Virus record (IMG/VR): IMGVR_UViG_3300045988_107814
Coordinates: 64,001-128,000 of that record
Length of the DNA stretch: 64,000 nt
Direction: 5' to 3' (one strand)
Source of the DNA: a virus
The translations under genes were made by a program, and so were the position numbers. Within the stretch, counting starts at the first letter, position 1; every line of letters starts with the position of its first letter. Below, piece by piece: positions 43,812 to 54,925 of the stretch. The notes under the pieces are model-generated. The model made no database searches. It had not been told where the DNA came from and saw only the letters and a program-made list of their open reading frames with translations.

Positions 43812-46800
43812 TAAGAGGTTACTACACGTATGTTTATATACGGTGTACCATCCAAATCATCTGTATCTACATGCAAGAATTCTGGAACCATAGATAACAT
43901 TTCCATATTCTCAGTAGATATAATATGCTGATTAATAGCATCATAAATATTGAATGAAACGAATTCAAAATAAATAAGATATTCAGCAAATTCAGATTCT
44001 ATCATAGTAGTAATGTTCGGGAAGTGGATATCATCTAATTGATCAAGTTTCTCAAGATATCCCTTAATACTATCCTTAATATTAGTTATAATGCTAGCAG
44101 CATCGCTATCTTCATTATAGAACTTAGCTCTAAATGTCATAGTCAATGCAACGTTATCAATCAACTCTGTTGTAGCATCTCCATCATCATCTGTCAAGTG
44201 ATACATATTAGATGGGCCGTAAGTATTGAAGAACTTATAATCTAAACCAAATGTACATTCCAATGGAGAAATAGCATCAAGAACATAGTTAATCTTCTTC
44301 TTCATTTCTTTAATAAATGTATTAACTCTTTCTTCAGTATTCCAATAAAAATATCTTACACAAGGTACTCTATTAATAATATAAGATTCAATCTGATCAT
44401 TAGCAGGACTAAAGATATCATTTGTCTTAATAGAAGTCACATAAGAATTCATTATATTAGAATAGTCATATAGTAAGTTAATACCCTGATAAGTACTATA
44501 TACATTTGTCAATACCATCTGTCTTAATGTATAATTATCAATATATCCAGATTCTTCTTTCTCTACAGGAATAGTCATAGTAAACTCAGTATTTTGCGGT
44601 ACAGAATTATATAGAGATTCAGACTTAGAATTATTAATAGCTACATATTGACTTGTTAATCCATCTGTATATGTCTTAGGAGTTGGAATATCATACTTGT
44701 ATAAAACAAATATCTTCATTTCAGTGTTTAGATTTAAATAAGCACTAGATGCATAGAATTTGGATCCTCTTAAATTATCTAACCAACCACTCTTAAGCAT
44801 TTGATCATAATCTACAGGACGAGCATTATTAGCATCTGTATAGAAGCATCTATATCTTTCATAGAATAGCTTCTTTGCTTCTTCTGTATTTAATGGATCA
44901 TCTCCACCAATCTCATTAGCAATTTCATCCAATACTTCTTTTACACCAATATAAACATCGTTATTATCATCTATAATATCAGTAATATCTAAATCTTTAT
45001 CTTCTTTAGATGATGTGGTAAATGGTCTAGAATACAAATTAACTTCATATGGAATACCATTTGCAAAATCATCATCACCAGTAGTAGATCCAACATACTG
45101 AGCAATAGAATACATTATTGGTTTGGAAGCCGTATTATTTTTACCTTTCTTATAGAATACTGCAATTACTTGAGTTCTATTGATCATATTATTATCTATA
45201 GATCCGGTGTTTGGTTTTAAGTTTATACTAATTGTATACTTATATCTATTATCAGACAGATAAGAAGTTCTACAAGTTTTAACACTAGGAAGAATAAACT
45301 GTACTGGAGATTTACTATTAATACAATCAAATTCTTGATATCTTGTTTCGTTAATAATATCAAGATAATAGGATGCTGTAATTCTATGAGAATCTATCTC
45401 AGCATTATCTTTAAGAACTATACTTAATGGTGTAGTATATAAGAACTTAGTTATCTTAGATATTAGCACAATATAAGTACTGTCGAAATTCTTTTGATCA
45501 TCTGAAATGCTAGGAATAATATATCTATAGTGAGCAAGATCACCAATTTCAGTTTGTTCATTTACCATAACTTCTATACTTATAATCTTGCCATCATTCT
45601 TTTCTATAGATAATACTTCACCTAAAGTCCAAGTAGACGGATCTTTATAATAGAAACTTGAATTTATATCAGATCCATTATAAGTACTAAATCTAATCAA
45701 GTCCCCTTCAGTTAATGTCATAGAATCGAAGTTATATTTACCCTGACCATCATAAGAATACACATCAATAGTATTAATAGAATCTAGAATTAACCATGTA
45801 TTACTACCACCGTTAATATATCTAGATATAATATTGTTATAGAACGTCTCTATATAGCATATTTTATTATCATAACTTAAAGATCTTATATCTGTAAAAT
45901 AATCAGGTACCCAGACATTTCTATTAATATTCTCTGGATTTAATACAGTTACAGGTGCTTCAGAGAATTTAGTTGTCGAATCTACAAATGATATATTTGT
46001 ATACCAAAGATAGAAATTAACATTAATATCAGTTGTATTATTACCACTTACAATAAGATCAAAAGGTATGTCTATTACACATTTATTTTCTTTATCTACT
46101 ACATTTCCAGAAGTATCAAATACTCTTGGTCTATAGAATCTTACGGCAGTAATAAGATCATCATATTCAGAATTAACTTGTATAGATGATACGGTATATT
46201 TATAACTTCCATCATCATTAGTAGTTCGTACTAATCTTACAGTTAGATATTTACCATTTTCTGAATTAGGGTCATCAGATATTACTCGTCCACTAGTAGA
46301 ATTTTCGTATACGATTACTTTAGCAGCAGATAATTCAGCTACATCTCTCTTTGGAAAGTGAGTAGTGGTTGTTATACTTCCATTTACTTCTTTCCATTCT
46401 ATTTCCAAATCATGAATATCCATATAGTCAGATCCCATAGGAAAGAAAGTTAATAATAATGTGTTTAGAGACATCTTCACATTACGAAGATTACAATTTC
46501 TACATGTACCATAAAACCAATTATCATATAATTCTTCTTTACTAGGCTGCATATTCTTTATATTTTTAGAATAGAATGGTTTAAAATATACAGAAGAATT
46601 CTCATGAAAATCATAAGATAATTCTGGTTTCTTTGTTTTATATTCAAAATCAGGAATATCTAACTCATGTTCAAAAGATGTTCTATATGGTGACTTAGCC
46701 CACATAGCCATACTTTCATCAGTGGGTGTTCCTTGATAAGTTGTATAACCATCTACGTCATAAAAAGAATAGTTTGTTTCTACATTAGATACTTTCTGTT

Positions 46801-48232
46801 GTAAATATCCAATAAAATTATTCTTAAGTAATGGTAAATTTGCTCCATTACCAAACTTATAGTAATATATAGGAGTGCCACTTTCTAGATAGATCTTTCC
46901 ATTATATGAATCTCGTCTAGTACTTTCAATATAAATAGGAATAGTGTTTGTAGGAACAATATTTAATTGAGAATCTTTCATTAAGTTATATATATAATAT
47001 ACTCTATCTAATATATTATCTTCTTTTCTAAATACATGAAGAACAGAGTTTTCATTATTAAGACTATTAAAGAAATTTCTCAAGTCAGTAAGAGTTGTTA
47101 TACTTCCTCTAGATAAAGCTTCTTTAGGAATAATATGTTGTAGCTGTTCAATAGTCTGTCGATCAAGTCCTCCTGTAGAACCATCCTCACCTCTTTGAGC
47201 TACAATTACATATAGATTAGTGTATCTATCTGAAGTTAATCGTATTGTCTTTTCTTCAGAATATTCAAAGTTACCAGCAGAACCATCAGTAGTATATAGC
47301 TGAATTACTATATCAGAGTTTGCAGGTGGTTGATAATTAGTAGGATCAAATCTAATTCTTATCGTATTACTATTAATATACTGATAATAGCAATACTTTT
47401 GTTCTGCTATCTCTTGATTATATAATCCATCATATACTGGATTAAGATATACTGTTTTTCCTTCACTATCTGTAGAAGAATCAGAAGGTTCTTTTACAAG
47501 TACACTAAAGTGACTCATCTGTTTATCAAATGAGAAATTAATAGTTTTATTAGCAATCACATCAGAATCAAGAATCTTTTCATTAATCTCTTTATAATAA
47601 ACTTGATGTAAATTAGTTGATAATACAACCATGTTGTCTTCTTCATAATTAAAAATAGAAATAGGTGGTAAGAAAGGATTCTCAAGATCAGATATCGGAT
47701 TCTTGTGATCCATATTATACGTCGCTGTATATACATAATTACGATCACTACCATTTGTACTATCATTAAGATTTACATAATTAATAGTGATATCATAATC
47801 TGGATGAAATTCAAACTCATCAAACTTTAATGGTGTATCGGCAGTAAGAGTAAACTTACCATCTATCATATTTGCCTTTAATGCTTTTTCTGGAAACATC
47901 AAAAGTACTTTCATATTAGCCGCCGTAGCAGCTACTTTTTCAACACCAAGAGATAATGCATGAGTGATAACATTTCTATCAAACTTAGCTCTTGTTGGTA
48001 TAGCTTCATTTGATAACTCAGATGCAGTTACTATAGCATTTTGTAATAAAGACGAGAATTGATATCCTAGATAACCGTACATACCAATCATTAAAGTTTC
48101 TTTTGTATCTCCGTCTTTAGTGATACCATCTATATTTACTTTCTTTATATTATCTACAAACTTAGTAATATCATATATATCAGAATTAAGAATCTTCTGT
48201 GATGTCGTTTCTTCAGTTTTTTTTACAGACAT
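43811..48232 (-). CDS. large hypothetical protein (probable tail or baseplate structural protein)
   Basis: 1473 aa, with an AAAGGAGG RBS. Rich in N/T/Y/S and predicted beta-type sequence, with no enzymatic motif recognised. Confidence 0.7.
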   Translation of the reverse strand: MSVKKTEETTSQKILNSDIYDITKFVDNIKKVNIDGITKDGDTKETLMIGMYGYLGYQFSSLLQNAIVTASELSNEAIPTRAKFDRNVITHALSLGVEKVAATAANMKVLLMFPEKALKANMIDGKFTLTADTPLKFDEFEFHPDYDITINYVNLNDSTNGSDRNYVYTATYNMDHKNPISDLENPFLPPISIFNYEEDNMVVLSTNLHQVYYKEINEKILDSDVIANKTINFSFDKQMSHFSVLVKEPSDSSTDSEGKTVYLNPVYDGLYNQEIAEQKYCYYQYINSNTIRIRFDPTNYQPPANSDIVIQLYTTDGSAGNFEYSEEKTIRLTSDRYTNLYVIVAQRGEDGSTGGLDRQTIEQLQHIIPKEALSRGSITTLTDLRNFFNSLNNENSVLHVFRKEDNILDRVYYIYNLMKDSQLNIVPTNTIPIYIESTRRDSYNGKIYLESGTPIYYYKFGNGANLPLLKNNFIGYLQQKVSNVETNYSFYDVDGYTTYQGTPTDESMAMWAKSPYRTSFEHELDIPDFEYKTKKPELSYDFHENSSVYFKPFYSKNIKNMQPSKEELYDNWFYGTCRNCNLRNVKMSLNTLLLTFFPMGSDYMDIHDLEIEWKEVNGSITTTTHFPKRDVAELSAAKVIVYENSTSGRVISDDPNSENGKYLTVRLVRTTNDDGSYKYTVSSIQVNSEYDDLITAVRFYRPRVFDTSGNVVDKENKCVIDIPFDLIVSGNNTTDINVNFYLWYTNISFVDSTTKFSEAPVTVLNPENINRNVWVPDYFTDIRSLSYDNKICYIETFYNNIISRYINGGSNTWLILDSINTIDVYSYDGQGKYNFDSMTLTEGDLIRFSTYNGSDINSSFYYKDPSTWTLGEVLSIEKNDGKIISIEVMVNEQTEIGDLAHYRYIIPSISDDQKNFDSTYIVLISKITKFLYTTPLSIVLKDNAEIDSHRITASYYLDIINETRYQEFDCINSKSPVQFILPSVKTCRTSYLSDNRYKYTISINLKPNTGSIDNNMINRTQVIAVFYKKGKNNTASKPIMYSIAQYVGSTTGDDDFANGIPYEVNLYSRPFTTSSKEDKDLDITDIIDDNNDVYIGVKEVLDEIANEIGGDDPLNTEEAKKLFYERYRCFYTDANNARPVDYDQMLKSGWLDNLRGSKFYASSAYLNLNTEMKIFVLYKYDIPTPKTYTDGLTSQYVAINNSKSESLYNSVPQNTEFTMTIPVEKEESGYIDNYTLRQMVLTNVYSTYQGINLLYDYSNIMNSYVTSIKTNDIFSPANDQIESYIINRVPCVRYFYWNTEERVNTFIKEMKKKINYVLDAISPLECTFGLDYKFFNTYGPSNMYHLTDDDGDATTELIDNVALTMTFRAKFYNEDSDAASIITNIKDSIKGYLEKLDQLDDIHFPNITTMIESEFAEYLIYFEFVSFNIYDAINQHIISTENMEMLSMVPEFLHVDTDDLDGTPYINIRVVTS

Positions 48233-48254
48233 AGTTAACCTCCTTTACTAAGCA

Positions 48255-49571
48255 TTAATTAACCCATAATAATCTATGAAATTCAGCAGATTTATCATTT
48301 GTATTTTGACCAGTTCTTAATGAACTACCCTTAAATATTTTTCCATCAGATGTCATTACTAATGGAAGACCAACCCAAGTTTTACCATCAGCAATAGTAT
48401 TTATTTCGCCCCAATGAGCAATAGCTTTTGTAATAGAACTAGAATAAGCTGATATATCCATAGATCTTGATGTAAGATAATTTAATTCTGCTAAATTAAT
48501 AGGATCCATATCTTTTACAAATTGTGCTTTCCAGTTAACAGTAAATTTAATATTACCTTCGATATTAGATATTGTTCCTCTAGGCACAGACATTGGAGTG
48601 CATCCTGTAGCTTTTGCCCAATACATAATTCTACCAGTATCATCAACAATAACTTTCCAAATAGATAACGCTTCTGGATATATCTTATTTATAATATAAT
48701 CATATCTAGTTGGCATTATCTCTTCCATGTATTTGGCTCTAAAATATTCATCATATATCTTAAATAACATATATACATCTAAATATTTGGTATCTTTAAA
48801 TTCTAAAGTAAAATCATATTGAAGGTCAGAAGCAATAGAACCTTCTCTATAACTTGTATTAATTTGATATAAGTTTTGATTATTTAATACATCTGTAGCT
48901 GTAATATCAGGTAAATCAAATGTACTAGTAACCATATTTGATAACAACGGAATAAATTTATTACTCAAATCGATATTTACACCACCATAATCACGAGTTC
49001 CAGCTTTACCTCCAAAACATTGCTGTAGTGAGTAATAACTTAGTTTATATCTATTAAATGCTTCTATAAAAAATGGTATACTCTTAAGCTTACTATACAT
49101 TTTATATGGTTCACCAGTTTCTACTAAATGCAGATCAGGTCTAGAGAAAAACAAGTATTCTCTAGTTCCAGTAACAAGTTCATGTGTAGGATCTAGATAA
49201 CCATATCTGCTGAACTTATTAAACCTATTATTTAGCATATCTTCTGGATCAGATAATGTACTTCCGTATAGCATATTATTATATTGGCTATCTGTAAATC
49301 TCATATCAGATGCTTTAAAATTTTTTATTTTAGAATTTACAGTTTCTTTTTTACCTTCACCTGTTACAATATATTTACTATAATCCCAGGATGTTTTATA
49401 ATTATCGTCATCTGTATTTTCTATTCCATCTACACCATTATCAACTCTTTCTTTAACAATATGTGCATAATCAGATGTGTGTTCATTCCAACCAGCTAAC
49501 TCTGAAGCATAATTCAAATCTTTCCCTTTATGATAAGTATTCATAAAAGAAAACTTTGCATCTGTCGACAT
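48255..49571 (-). CDS. hypothetical protein (probable structural)
   Basis: 438 aa, with a GAAAGGAGG RBS. First gene of the minus-strand block containing the 1473-aa gene. The segment TFDLPDITAT..FTLEFKDTKYLDVYMLFKIYDEYF loosely recalls tail-tube-fold (T4 gp19-like) proteins. That resemblance is weak. Confidence 0.7.
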   Translation of the reverse strand: MSTDAKFSFMNTYHKGKDLNYASELAGWNEHTSDYAHIVKERVDNGVDGIENTDDDNYKTSWDYSKYIVTGEGKKETVNSKIKNFKASDMRFTDSQYNNMLYGSTLSDPEDMLNNRFNKFSRYGYLDPTHELVTGTREYLFFSRPDLHLVETGEPYKMYSKLKSIPFFIEAFNRYKLSYYSLQQCFGGKAGTRDYGGVNIDLSNKFIPLLSNMVTSTFDLPDITATDVLNNQNLYQINTSYREGSIASDLQYDFTLEFKDTKYLDVYMLFKIYDEYFRAKYMEEIMPTRYDYIINKIYPEALSIWKVIVDDTGRIMYWAKATGCTPMSVPRGTISNIEGNIKFTVNWKAQFVKDMDPINLAELNYLTSRSMDISAYSSSITKAIAHWGEINTIADGKTWVGLPLVMTSDGKIFKGSSLRTGQNTNDKSAEFHRLLWVN

Positions 49572-49603
49572 TGTTTATCCTCCTTTCTTCCTATTCTCAG
49601 GAT

Positions 49604-49616
49604 TTATTATGATGTT
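49604..49616 (-). promoter_or_regulatory. candidate phage promoter, AACA-N3-TAWTAA class
   Basis: The minus strand reads AACATCATAATAA, 32 nt upstream of the ATG at 49571. Confidence 0.3.
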
Positions 49617-49758
49617 CAACCTGGTAAAGTAATACACATTTATATACTATTATAATGATAAAAATAAAGTATATCATTTTAACACCCTATAACTTCAAAG
49701 AAAAGGTTGTACAAAAATAGTACGAAAATTTTATTCAATGTTATAGGAGGATTTTATT

Positions 49759-50100
49759 ATGAATACAATTGACATGCATAACGGTATGGTGAACAACATG
49801 GAATGGGATGCAAAAAAATCTGCCGAGTTAGCTGCAATTCACAATAAACGTTATAATGAATGTATTAATAATGATAGACAAAATAATCAATCTTATAGTA
49901 ATACAGATATGTCTTCTATTAATCGAAGACTCGATTCTATTGAAAGAAAGATTGATAATTTGCGAAATCTTATCGTTAATAGTACATCAAATAACGGTGA
50001 GTTATTTATATTTGCTCCAAAGAAAAATATTAATGCTGGAGTTTCATTTGGTCTTACCGAAGCACAATTTAATGCTCTGCTAAAACGTATTTCAAAATAA
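49759..50100 (+). CDS. hypothetical protein
   Basis: 113 aa, with a TAGGAGG RBS. Confidence 0.7.
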   Translation: MNTIDMHNGMVNNMEWDAKKSAELAAIHNKRYNECINNDRQNNQSYSNTDMSSINRRLDSIERKIDNLRNLIVNSTSNNGELFIFAPKKNINAGVSFGLTEAQFNALLKRISK

Positions 50101-50134
50101 CAGATGTCGTTAGTTGATATACTTTATTTTTTTG

Positions 50135-50148
50135 AACATTCCTATAAA
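50135..50148 (+). promoter_or_regulatory. candidate phage promoter, AACAT-N3-TATAAW class
   Basis: AACATTCCTATAAA lies 22 nt before the ATG at 50171. Confidence 0.35.
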
Positions 50149-50170
50149 ATTCGAACAAGGAGGTAAAAAT

Positions 50171-51730
50171 ATGTACGGAAGAGAATACTTTCATGAATCT
50201 GCTGTTCGAGATATTGTAGATATTTTAACTTCTCTTAAAGATTATGATGAAGTACAATTCATCAATAATGCCAAAACAAATAGAAGTTTCAAGTCTATTA
50301 CATCCGCAACAAAAGATTTAATTCTTACTTTCCCAATAATGGTAAGCTCTGATATTGAACCAGACAATGCTATTATGATTGCTAAGGCACATGAGAAAAA
50401 AATGGCATCATTACTTCATATTCTTTTTACTGCTATTAGTGTAGGAAATAATGAAGATGTTTTCGATTATGTCAAAAAATTCCATTCTAACATGGGTAGT
50501 ATGAATGGTACACTTGACGACTATGTTGATAGTCTTGATAGAATGGCTAATACATTCGGTGAATCATATGATCAAACTCTTAAAATTGATAAAGCTGTGT
50601 TAAATACTGTACTTGAAGATTTAAAAGAGTCTAATTATGTTTTACCTGATGACACTAAAGAAGCTAGTCTTGAATCTTTTAAAATTATTCCTGGTTATCG
50701 TACAGGAATGAATGATATGATTATTCAAGAAGCAAAATCTAAATCTAATAGAAATGGTGATATTTTTTTTAAAGATGAAAGAGAAGCTGCTGGGTATATT
50801 TCTGGTCGTGGTTTATCATTAGATTATGATATTTCCAAACTTGATTCAGATTATCCAGACGGTACAAAATTTCCTGATGGTACACTTGCTAGTAATTATA
50901 CAAGAAGTAGACTTAGAACTGCATTTACTACGATGAACTATGAAGAAAAACACAATAAATCAAATGATAATCATTATGTATCTAAAATGAACTATAAATC
51001 TGGATTTGCAAGTGATAAAGACTATGCAGATTATTTAAAGAATATGACAGATTATCATGGAAAAGTAATTCTAAATAATGAATACAAAAAAGCTAATGAA
51101 CTTCAGCCTACTATGATGGTAGTTAATTTTATGCGTCATTCTGAAGAAAATGGTGATCATATTAACACAGCTGTAATCGGTATTAAAGCTAAAATTTATC
51201 CAGTTTCTTCTGCTGATATTTGTAACAGAATTTCTAGTAAGCTTGATGATAAAAATGTACTTACTAATTTTGTAAGAGCTACTACAAATGAAATTGCATT
51301 TTTCCGAGATTTCTTATTTGCTATTGATAAGGCTAAAATCGATGCTACTTCTTATAGTAAGAAAGCTACATCTAATAAGCTTTGGAAAGTTCTAGAAAGA
51401 AGATCTCAAAAGAGTAAGTTTAGACGTTCATTAAAGATGTATAATGATGCTACAGCAATTTCTACTCTAGTGTTATCTGAGAACGATGTAGAATATCTAA
51501 AGAAAGTTAATGATGTAGATATTCTAAATGTAGGTAAAGCTAGAAAGATTTTAGATGCATATAACTTTATGTGTATCTGTATTCTCAATCAGTCTACAGA
51601 AGTTGCGTCTATTCTCTATGATACTGGTGACGATACTTACGAGATGATTCCTTTCTCTGGACTTGAAAGAGAAGCTAGTGATAATAGTTATAAGAAGATG
51701 GTAAATCTTCTATCTAAGGTTAGTAGATAA
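50171..51730 (+). CDS. hypothetical protein
   Basis: The ORF track starts at a TTG (50114). The ATG at 50171 (MYGREYF) has AAGGAGG 7 nt upstream (519 aa). Confidence 0.75.
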   Translation: MYGREYFHESAVRDIVDILTSLKDYDEVQFINNAKTNRSFKSITSATKDLILTFPIMVSSDIEPDNAIMIAKAHEKKMASLLHILFTAISVGNNEDVFDYVKKFHSNMGSMNGTLDDYVDSLDRMANTFGESYDQTLKIDKAVLNTVLEDLKESNYVLPDDTKEASLESFKIIPGYRTGMNDMIIQEAKSKSNRNGDIFFKDEREAAGYISGRGLSLDYDISKLDSDYPDGTKFPDGTLASNYTRSRLRTAFTTMNYEEKHNKSNDNHYVSKMNYKSGFASDKDYADYLKNMTDYHGKVILNNEYKKANELQPTMMVVNFMRHSEENGDHINTAVIGIKAKIYPVSSADICNRISSKLDDKNVLTNFVRATTNEIAFFRDFLFAIDKAKIDATSYSKKATSNKLWKVLERRSQKSKFRRSLKMYNDATAISTLVLSENDVEYLKKVNDVDILNVGKARKILDAYNFMCICILNQSTEVASILYDTGDDTYEMIPFSGLEREASDNSYKKMVNLLSKVSR

Positions 51731-51754
51731 ATTATAGAAAGGAGGTTTATATAA

Positions 51755-53476
51755 ATGGCTATTTTTTCTGATTTAGAATTAGAAGGAATTCTAAATGAAG
51801 CAGAAGATGAAAGAAAGTATAAAGATAGTGTAAAAAGAAATATACAAAATATTAAAGATGCTGGTAATAAAGCCAAATCTAATATAAAGAATAATTCTTG
51901 GATTGGTAAGAAGATGTCTTCTAAGAATGAATCTGGTATGCAAACTATTACATTTAAAGAAGATGCAGACGGAAATGTTTTAGAAAGCTCTCTAGATGAA
52001 GGAACTAAAGAATCTAGATTTGAAGTAAAATTTGGTGATGATGGTAAGAATAAAAAAGAAACTGTTACTAAACATCGTCATTATGATTTTGAATTTGGAC
52101 TTGGTAATAGACGTGTAAGAGATTCATTTGATAGAAAATATGTCAAACTAGAAGATGATGATTCTTTTGAGGAATCTGAGAAAGTTGATCCTGAAAAAAT
52201 CACAAGAGATTTGACTCTTAAGGCTACTATAGGCATTGGTAAGGAAAAACAAGATTGGGAAGAAAATCCTGGAACTAAAACTGGTGAAATGATTGGAAAT
52301 ATTGCTACTGGTGGTAATTTCCTAAATGATGTTGGTAAGAAAGCTGGTAGAAGTATTGGTTCTAAAGTAGACGATTTCATTCATAAAAAGAATAGAGAAC
52401 GTAGAAAGTTAAAAGAAGATTCTGAAGTTATTTATAGAAGTCCAGAATATAATCGTATTATTGACGAGTTCTTTGACTTTACAGATAGAGAAACTCGTAA
52501 GGTTCTTTTAGCAGTGAATGAAGCTGATCAAAATAAGATTCTTGTTTCTTTAACTTCTAAGCTATATGATAATGTAGTAGATAAAGTAGATGATATCGAT
52601 TTTGGTGAGATTGAAATGTCTAAGGGTGATATTGAAAAACTTCCTAACTTCGAGACACTACATGAATGTCTAAATAATATGGCTAGATTATTGATTGAGT
52701 TTAAGCAAGATACACATCCAGTAGATCAAATCGCTGAATGTATTTCTAATATGATTGAAACTAAGGATATGTGGAAAAAAGCCTATGCTTTAAATGTAGA
52801 ACTTCCTATGATTACTTATAATACTATTGTATTAGCAATTATCGAAGCTACTTCTTATATGGTATCAATGTGTGTAGAATTTGTTAAGTCACCATCAGAA
52901 GATACAATGAAGATAATGATTGATAAGTCTGCTCTTACAAAATCTAAGAGTCATATGATTCTTAAGAATATCGAATCTTTCAACTCTGCATTTAGAAAAG
53001 GTCAAGTACAAAAGGCTATGTGGCATGTTATCGATGAATCTGCAAAGAAAAAGAACTTTGTTGGTCTCGGTATTTATGGCGGATTAGGAGTAGGTGCAGC
53101 TGCTGTAGCTGGAATTGCTGGCTTATTATTCTGTATTATTCCACTGCTTAGAGAATTGATCTTCCTATTCTATTATACTAGGGTGAGAGTTTCTGACTTC
53201 TTTGAAGTGCAGGCTGATCTATTACAAGTATCTTCTTATAATGTAGAGAATAATAGATTAGATCTAACTAAGGAAGAAAGAAAGAAGATTGCCACTAAAC
53301 AAATGAAGACTGCTGATAAGTTTAGAAATGCTTCTAGATTCATTGCTATTAAAACTTCTGAAGCTGAGAACAAAGCAGTCAAAGAAATTAAAAAAGAAGA
53401 TAATAAGAAATATAAAGTGAATGATGTTGTTGATGAACTCCCAGATTCAGCAGCAGCAAGTTCGGCATTATTCTAA
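51755..53476 (+). CDS. hypothetical protein with glycine-zipper hydrophobic hairpin
   Basis: 573 aa, with a GAAAGGAGG RBS. Contains FVGLGIYGGLGVGAAAVAGIAGLLFCIIPLL (about 53057-53150), followed by LTKEERKK. Confidence 0.75.
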   Translation: MAIFSDLELEGILNEAEDERKYKDSVKRNIQNIKDAGNKAKSNIKNNSWIGKKMSSKNESGMQTITFKEDADGNVLESSLDEGTKESRFEVKFGDDGKNKKETVTKHRHYDFEFGLGNRRVRDSFDRKYVKLEDDDSFEESEKVDPEKITRDLTLKATIGIGKEKQDWEENPGTKTGEMIGNIATGGNFLNDVGKKAGRSIGSKVDDFIHKKNRERRKLKEDSEVIYRSPEYNRIIDEFFDFTDRETRKVLLAVNEADQNKILVSLTSKLYDNVVDKVDDIDFGEIEMSKGDIEKLPNFETLHECLNNMARLLIEFKQDTHPVDQIAECISNMIETKDMWKKAYALNVELPMITYNTIVLAIIEATSYMVSMCVEFVKSPSEDTMKIMIDKSALTKSKSHMILKNIESFNSAFRKGQVQKAMWHVIDESAKKKNFVGLGIYGGLGVGAAAVAGIAGLLFCIIPLLRELIFLFYYTRVRVSDFFEVQADLLQVSSYNVENNRLDLTKEERKKIATKQMKTADKFRNASRFIAIKTSEAENKAVKEIKKEDNKKYKVNDVVDELPDSAAASSALF

Positions 53477-53496
53477 TATAAGAAAGGAGTTTAATA

Positions 53497-54828
53497 ATGG
53501 GTATTTACACATCTAATAGATACTTACAGTCTGAAGATTATGTATCTGACATTCCTGTTAATGAAGCATATGATGCTGCATTTGGTTGTGCACATGCACT
53601 TGCTGAATGTGAAATTAATGATATGGCTTTATTTGAAAGTGCTATCTATAGTGATATTGCAGAAGTTAGAGCTATGCAAGAAGGCTATGGTTATGTTAAC
53701 GAAAATGCATTTACTGATGTACTTAAGAGAGTTAAAGAAATTTTCATTAAGCTTATCGGTAAGATTAAAGGTATTTTTGCATCTTTCCTTACTAAATTAA
53801 CATCTGCATTTAAGAGTGGTGAAGATTTAGTAAAGAAGTATAGTACTAAGATTAACTCTTATCAGAATTGGAAAGGCTTTAAGTGTAAGAAGATCCGTAA
53901 GCCTATAGCAAGCGATATCAAAACTGCAATTTTGGACAAAGATGTTTTTGGAACATTTATAAATCAATACAAAACTGGAGCAATAAAATATACATTAAAT
54001 ATAAAGACAGATTCTAATGAAGCTAGTATATCAATTAATACTAAACTTAAAGACTATACTAAGGTAGAAGATATTAAAGAAGCAGATACTGAAGATCTTA
54101 AAAATGCTATTCTCGAAAAGCATATTACAGGCTGTGATGATATCAAGGAAATTACAAAGAGTGTAATGGATAAGTTATTTGAAGAAGAAGAAACAATTGA
54201 TGATGAAGTTAAAGATGGTCAATACTTTAATGCAAATTGGATCAAGGGTGCTTTAGTAGATAGTAAGGACTGGATCAAAGAAGTTAAAAAGTATAACGAT
54301 GAAGTTAATAAAGGTATAAATACAATAATTGATAATCTTAAAAAGACTAATGATAACTTAAATAATTTAATCGATAAAAAGGGAGATATGTATTTTCAAC
54401 ATGGTGCTGAATATGCTAAAAACTTTGCAAGAACTGATGGTAATACTAACAAAGTAATAAAAAATTATTACGGATTTAAAGATGAAAAAGAGACAAAGCA
54501 TAATGTAGCTGATGATAGATATATTAATGGTCAGAAACAAATTGATCCTGATTATCAATTAAGATCTGATAAGGGAGTGTATAGTTTATCTGATGTTCAA
54601 AAGGCAGTTCAAGCATTACAGAAGCTTGCTACTAATCACTCTGAAGTAATTACTACTGTTACAAATGAGTATATGAAAACTGTTAAATTCACTATTGCTC
54701 AGGCTAAGAAACTATATACTGCCGCAGCAGTTTGGTCTTCTGGTGTTCATAAAGAATCTGTAGAATTTTCTGAAGCTATGGGTGATGTAGCATTAGAACA
54801 ATTCTATTCTAATATGGAATCTCTTTAA
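53497..54828 (+). CDS. paralog family member P1 (MGIYT N-terminus)
   Basis: 443 aa, with a GAAAGGAG RBS. It shares three identical blocks with P2 and the family helix NENAFTDVLKRVKEIFIKLIGKIKGIFASF. Confidence 0.8.
   Translation: MGIYTSNRYLQSEDYVSDIPVNEAYDAAFGCAHALAECEINDMALFESAIYSDIAEVRAMQEGYGYVNENAFTDVLKRVKEIFIKLIGKIKGIFASFLTKLTSAFKSGEDLVKKYSTKINSYQNWKGFKCKKIRKPIASDIKTAILDKDVFGTFINQYKTGAIKYTLNIKTDSNEASISINTKLKDYTKVEDIKEADTEDLKNAILEKHITGCDDIKEITKSVMDKLFEEEETIDDEVKDGQYFNANWIKGALVDSKDWIKEVKKYNDEVNKGINTIIDNLKKTNDNLNNLIDKKGDMYFQHGAEYAKNFARTDGNTNKVIKNYYGFKDEKETKHNVADDRYINGQKQIDPDYQLRSDKGVYSLSDVQKAVQALQKLATNHSEVITTVTNEYMKTVKFTIAQAKKLYTAAAVWSSGVHKESVEFSEAMGDVALEQFYSNMESL
53552..53904 (+). repeat. 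identical block 1 shared by P1 and P2 (partner 54984-55336)
   Basis: 353 nt, offset 1432. The protein sequences are identical. The out-of-frame ORFs 53540..53800 and 54957..55232 also translate identically, which requires nucleotide identity. Confidence 0.9.
54052..54266 (+). repeat. identical block 2 shared by P1 and P2 (partner 55490-55704)
   Basis: 215 nt, offset 1438. Encodes DYTKVEDIKEADTEDLK...GALVDSK in both genes. Confidence 0.85.
54587..54822 (+). repeat. identical block 3 shared by P1 and P2 (partner 55956-56191)
   Basis: 236 nt, offset 1369. Encodes LSDVQKAVQALQKLATNHSE...EQFYSNMES in both genes. Confidence 0.85.
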
Positions 54829-54925
54829 AACTTTAATTATAAACATATAAATAAAATGTGTGTAAATCTTTTGATATTGAAAAGTATTAAAGTATATAAC
54901 AACACTAAACAAGGAGGTAAAATTA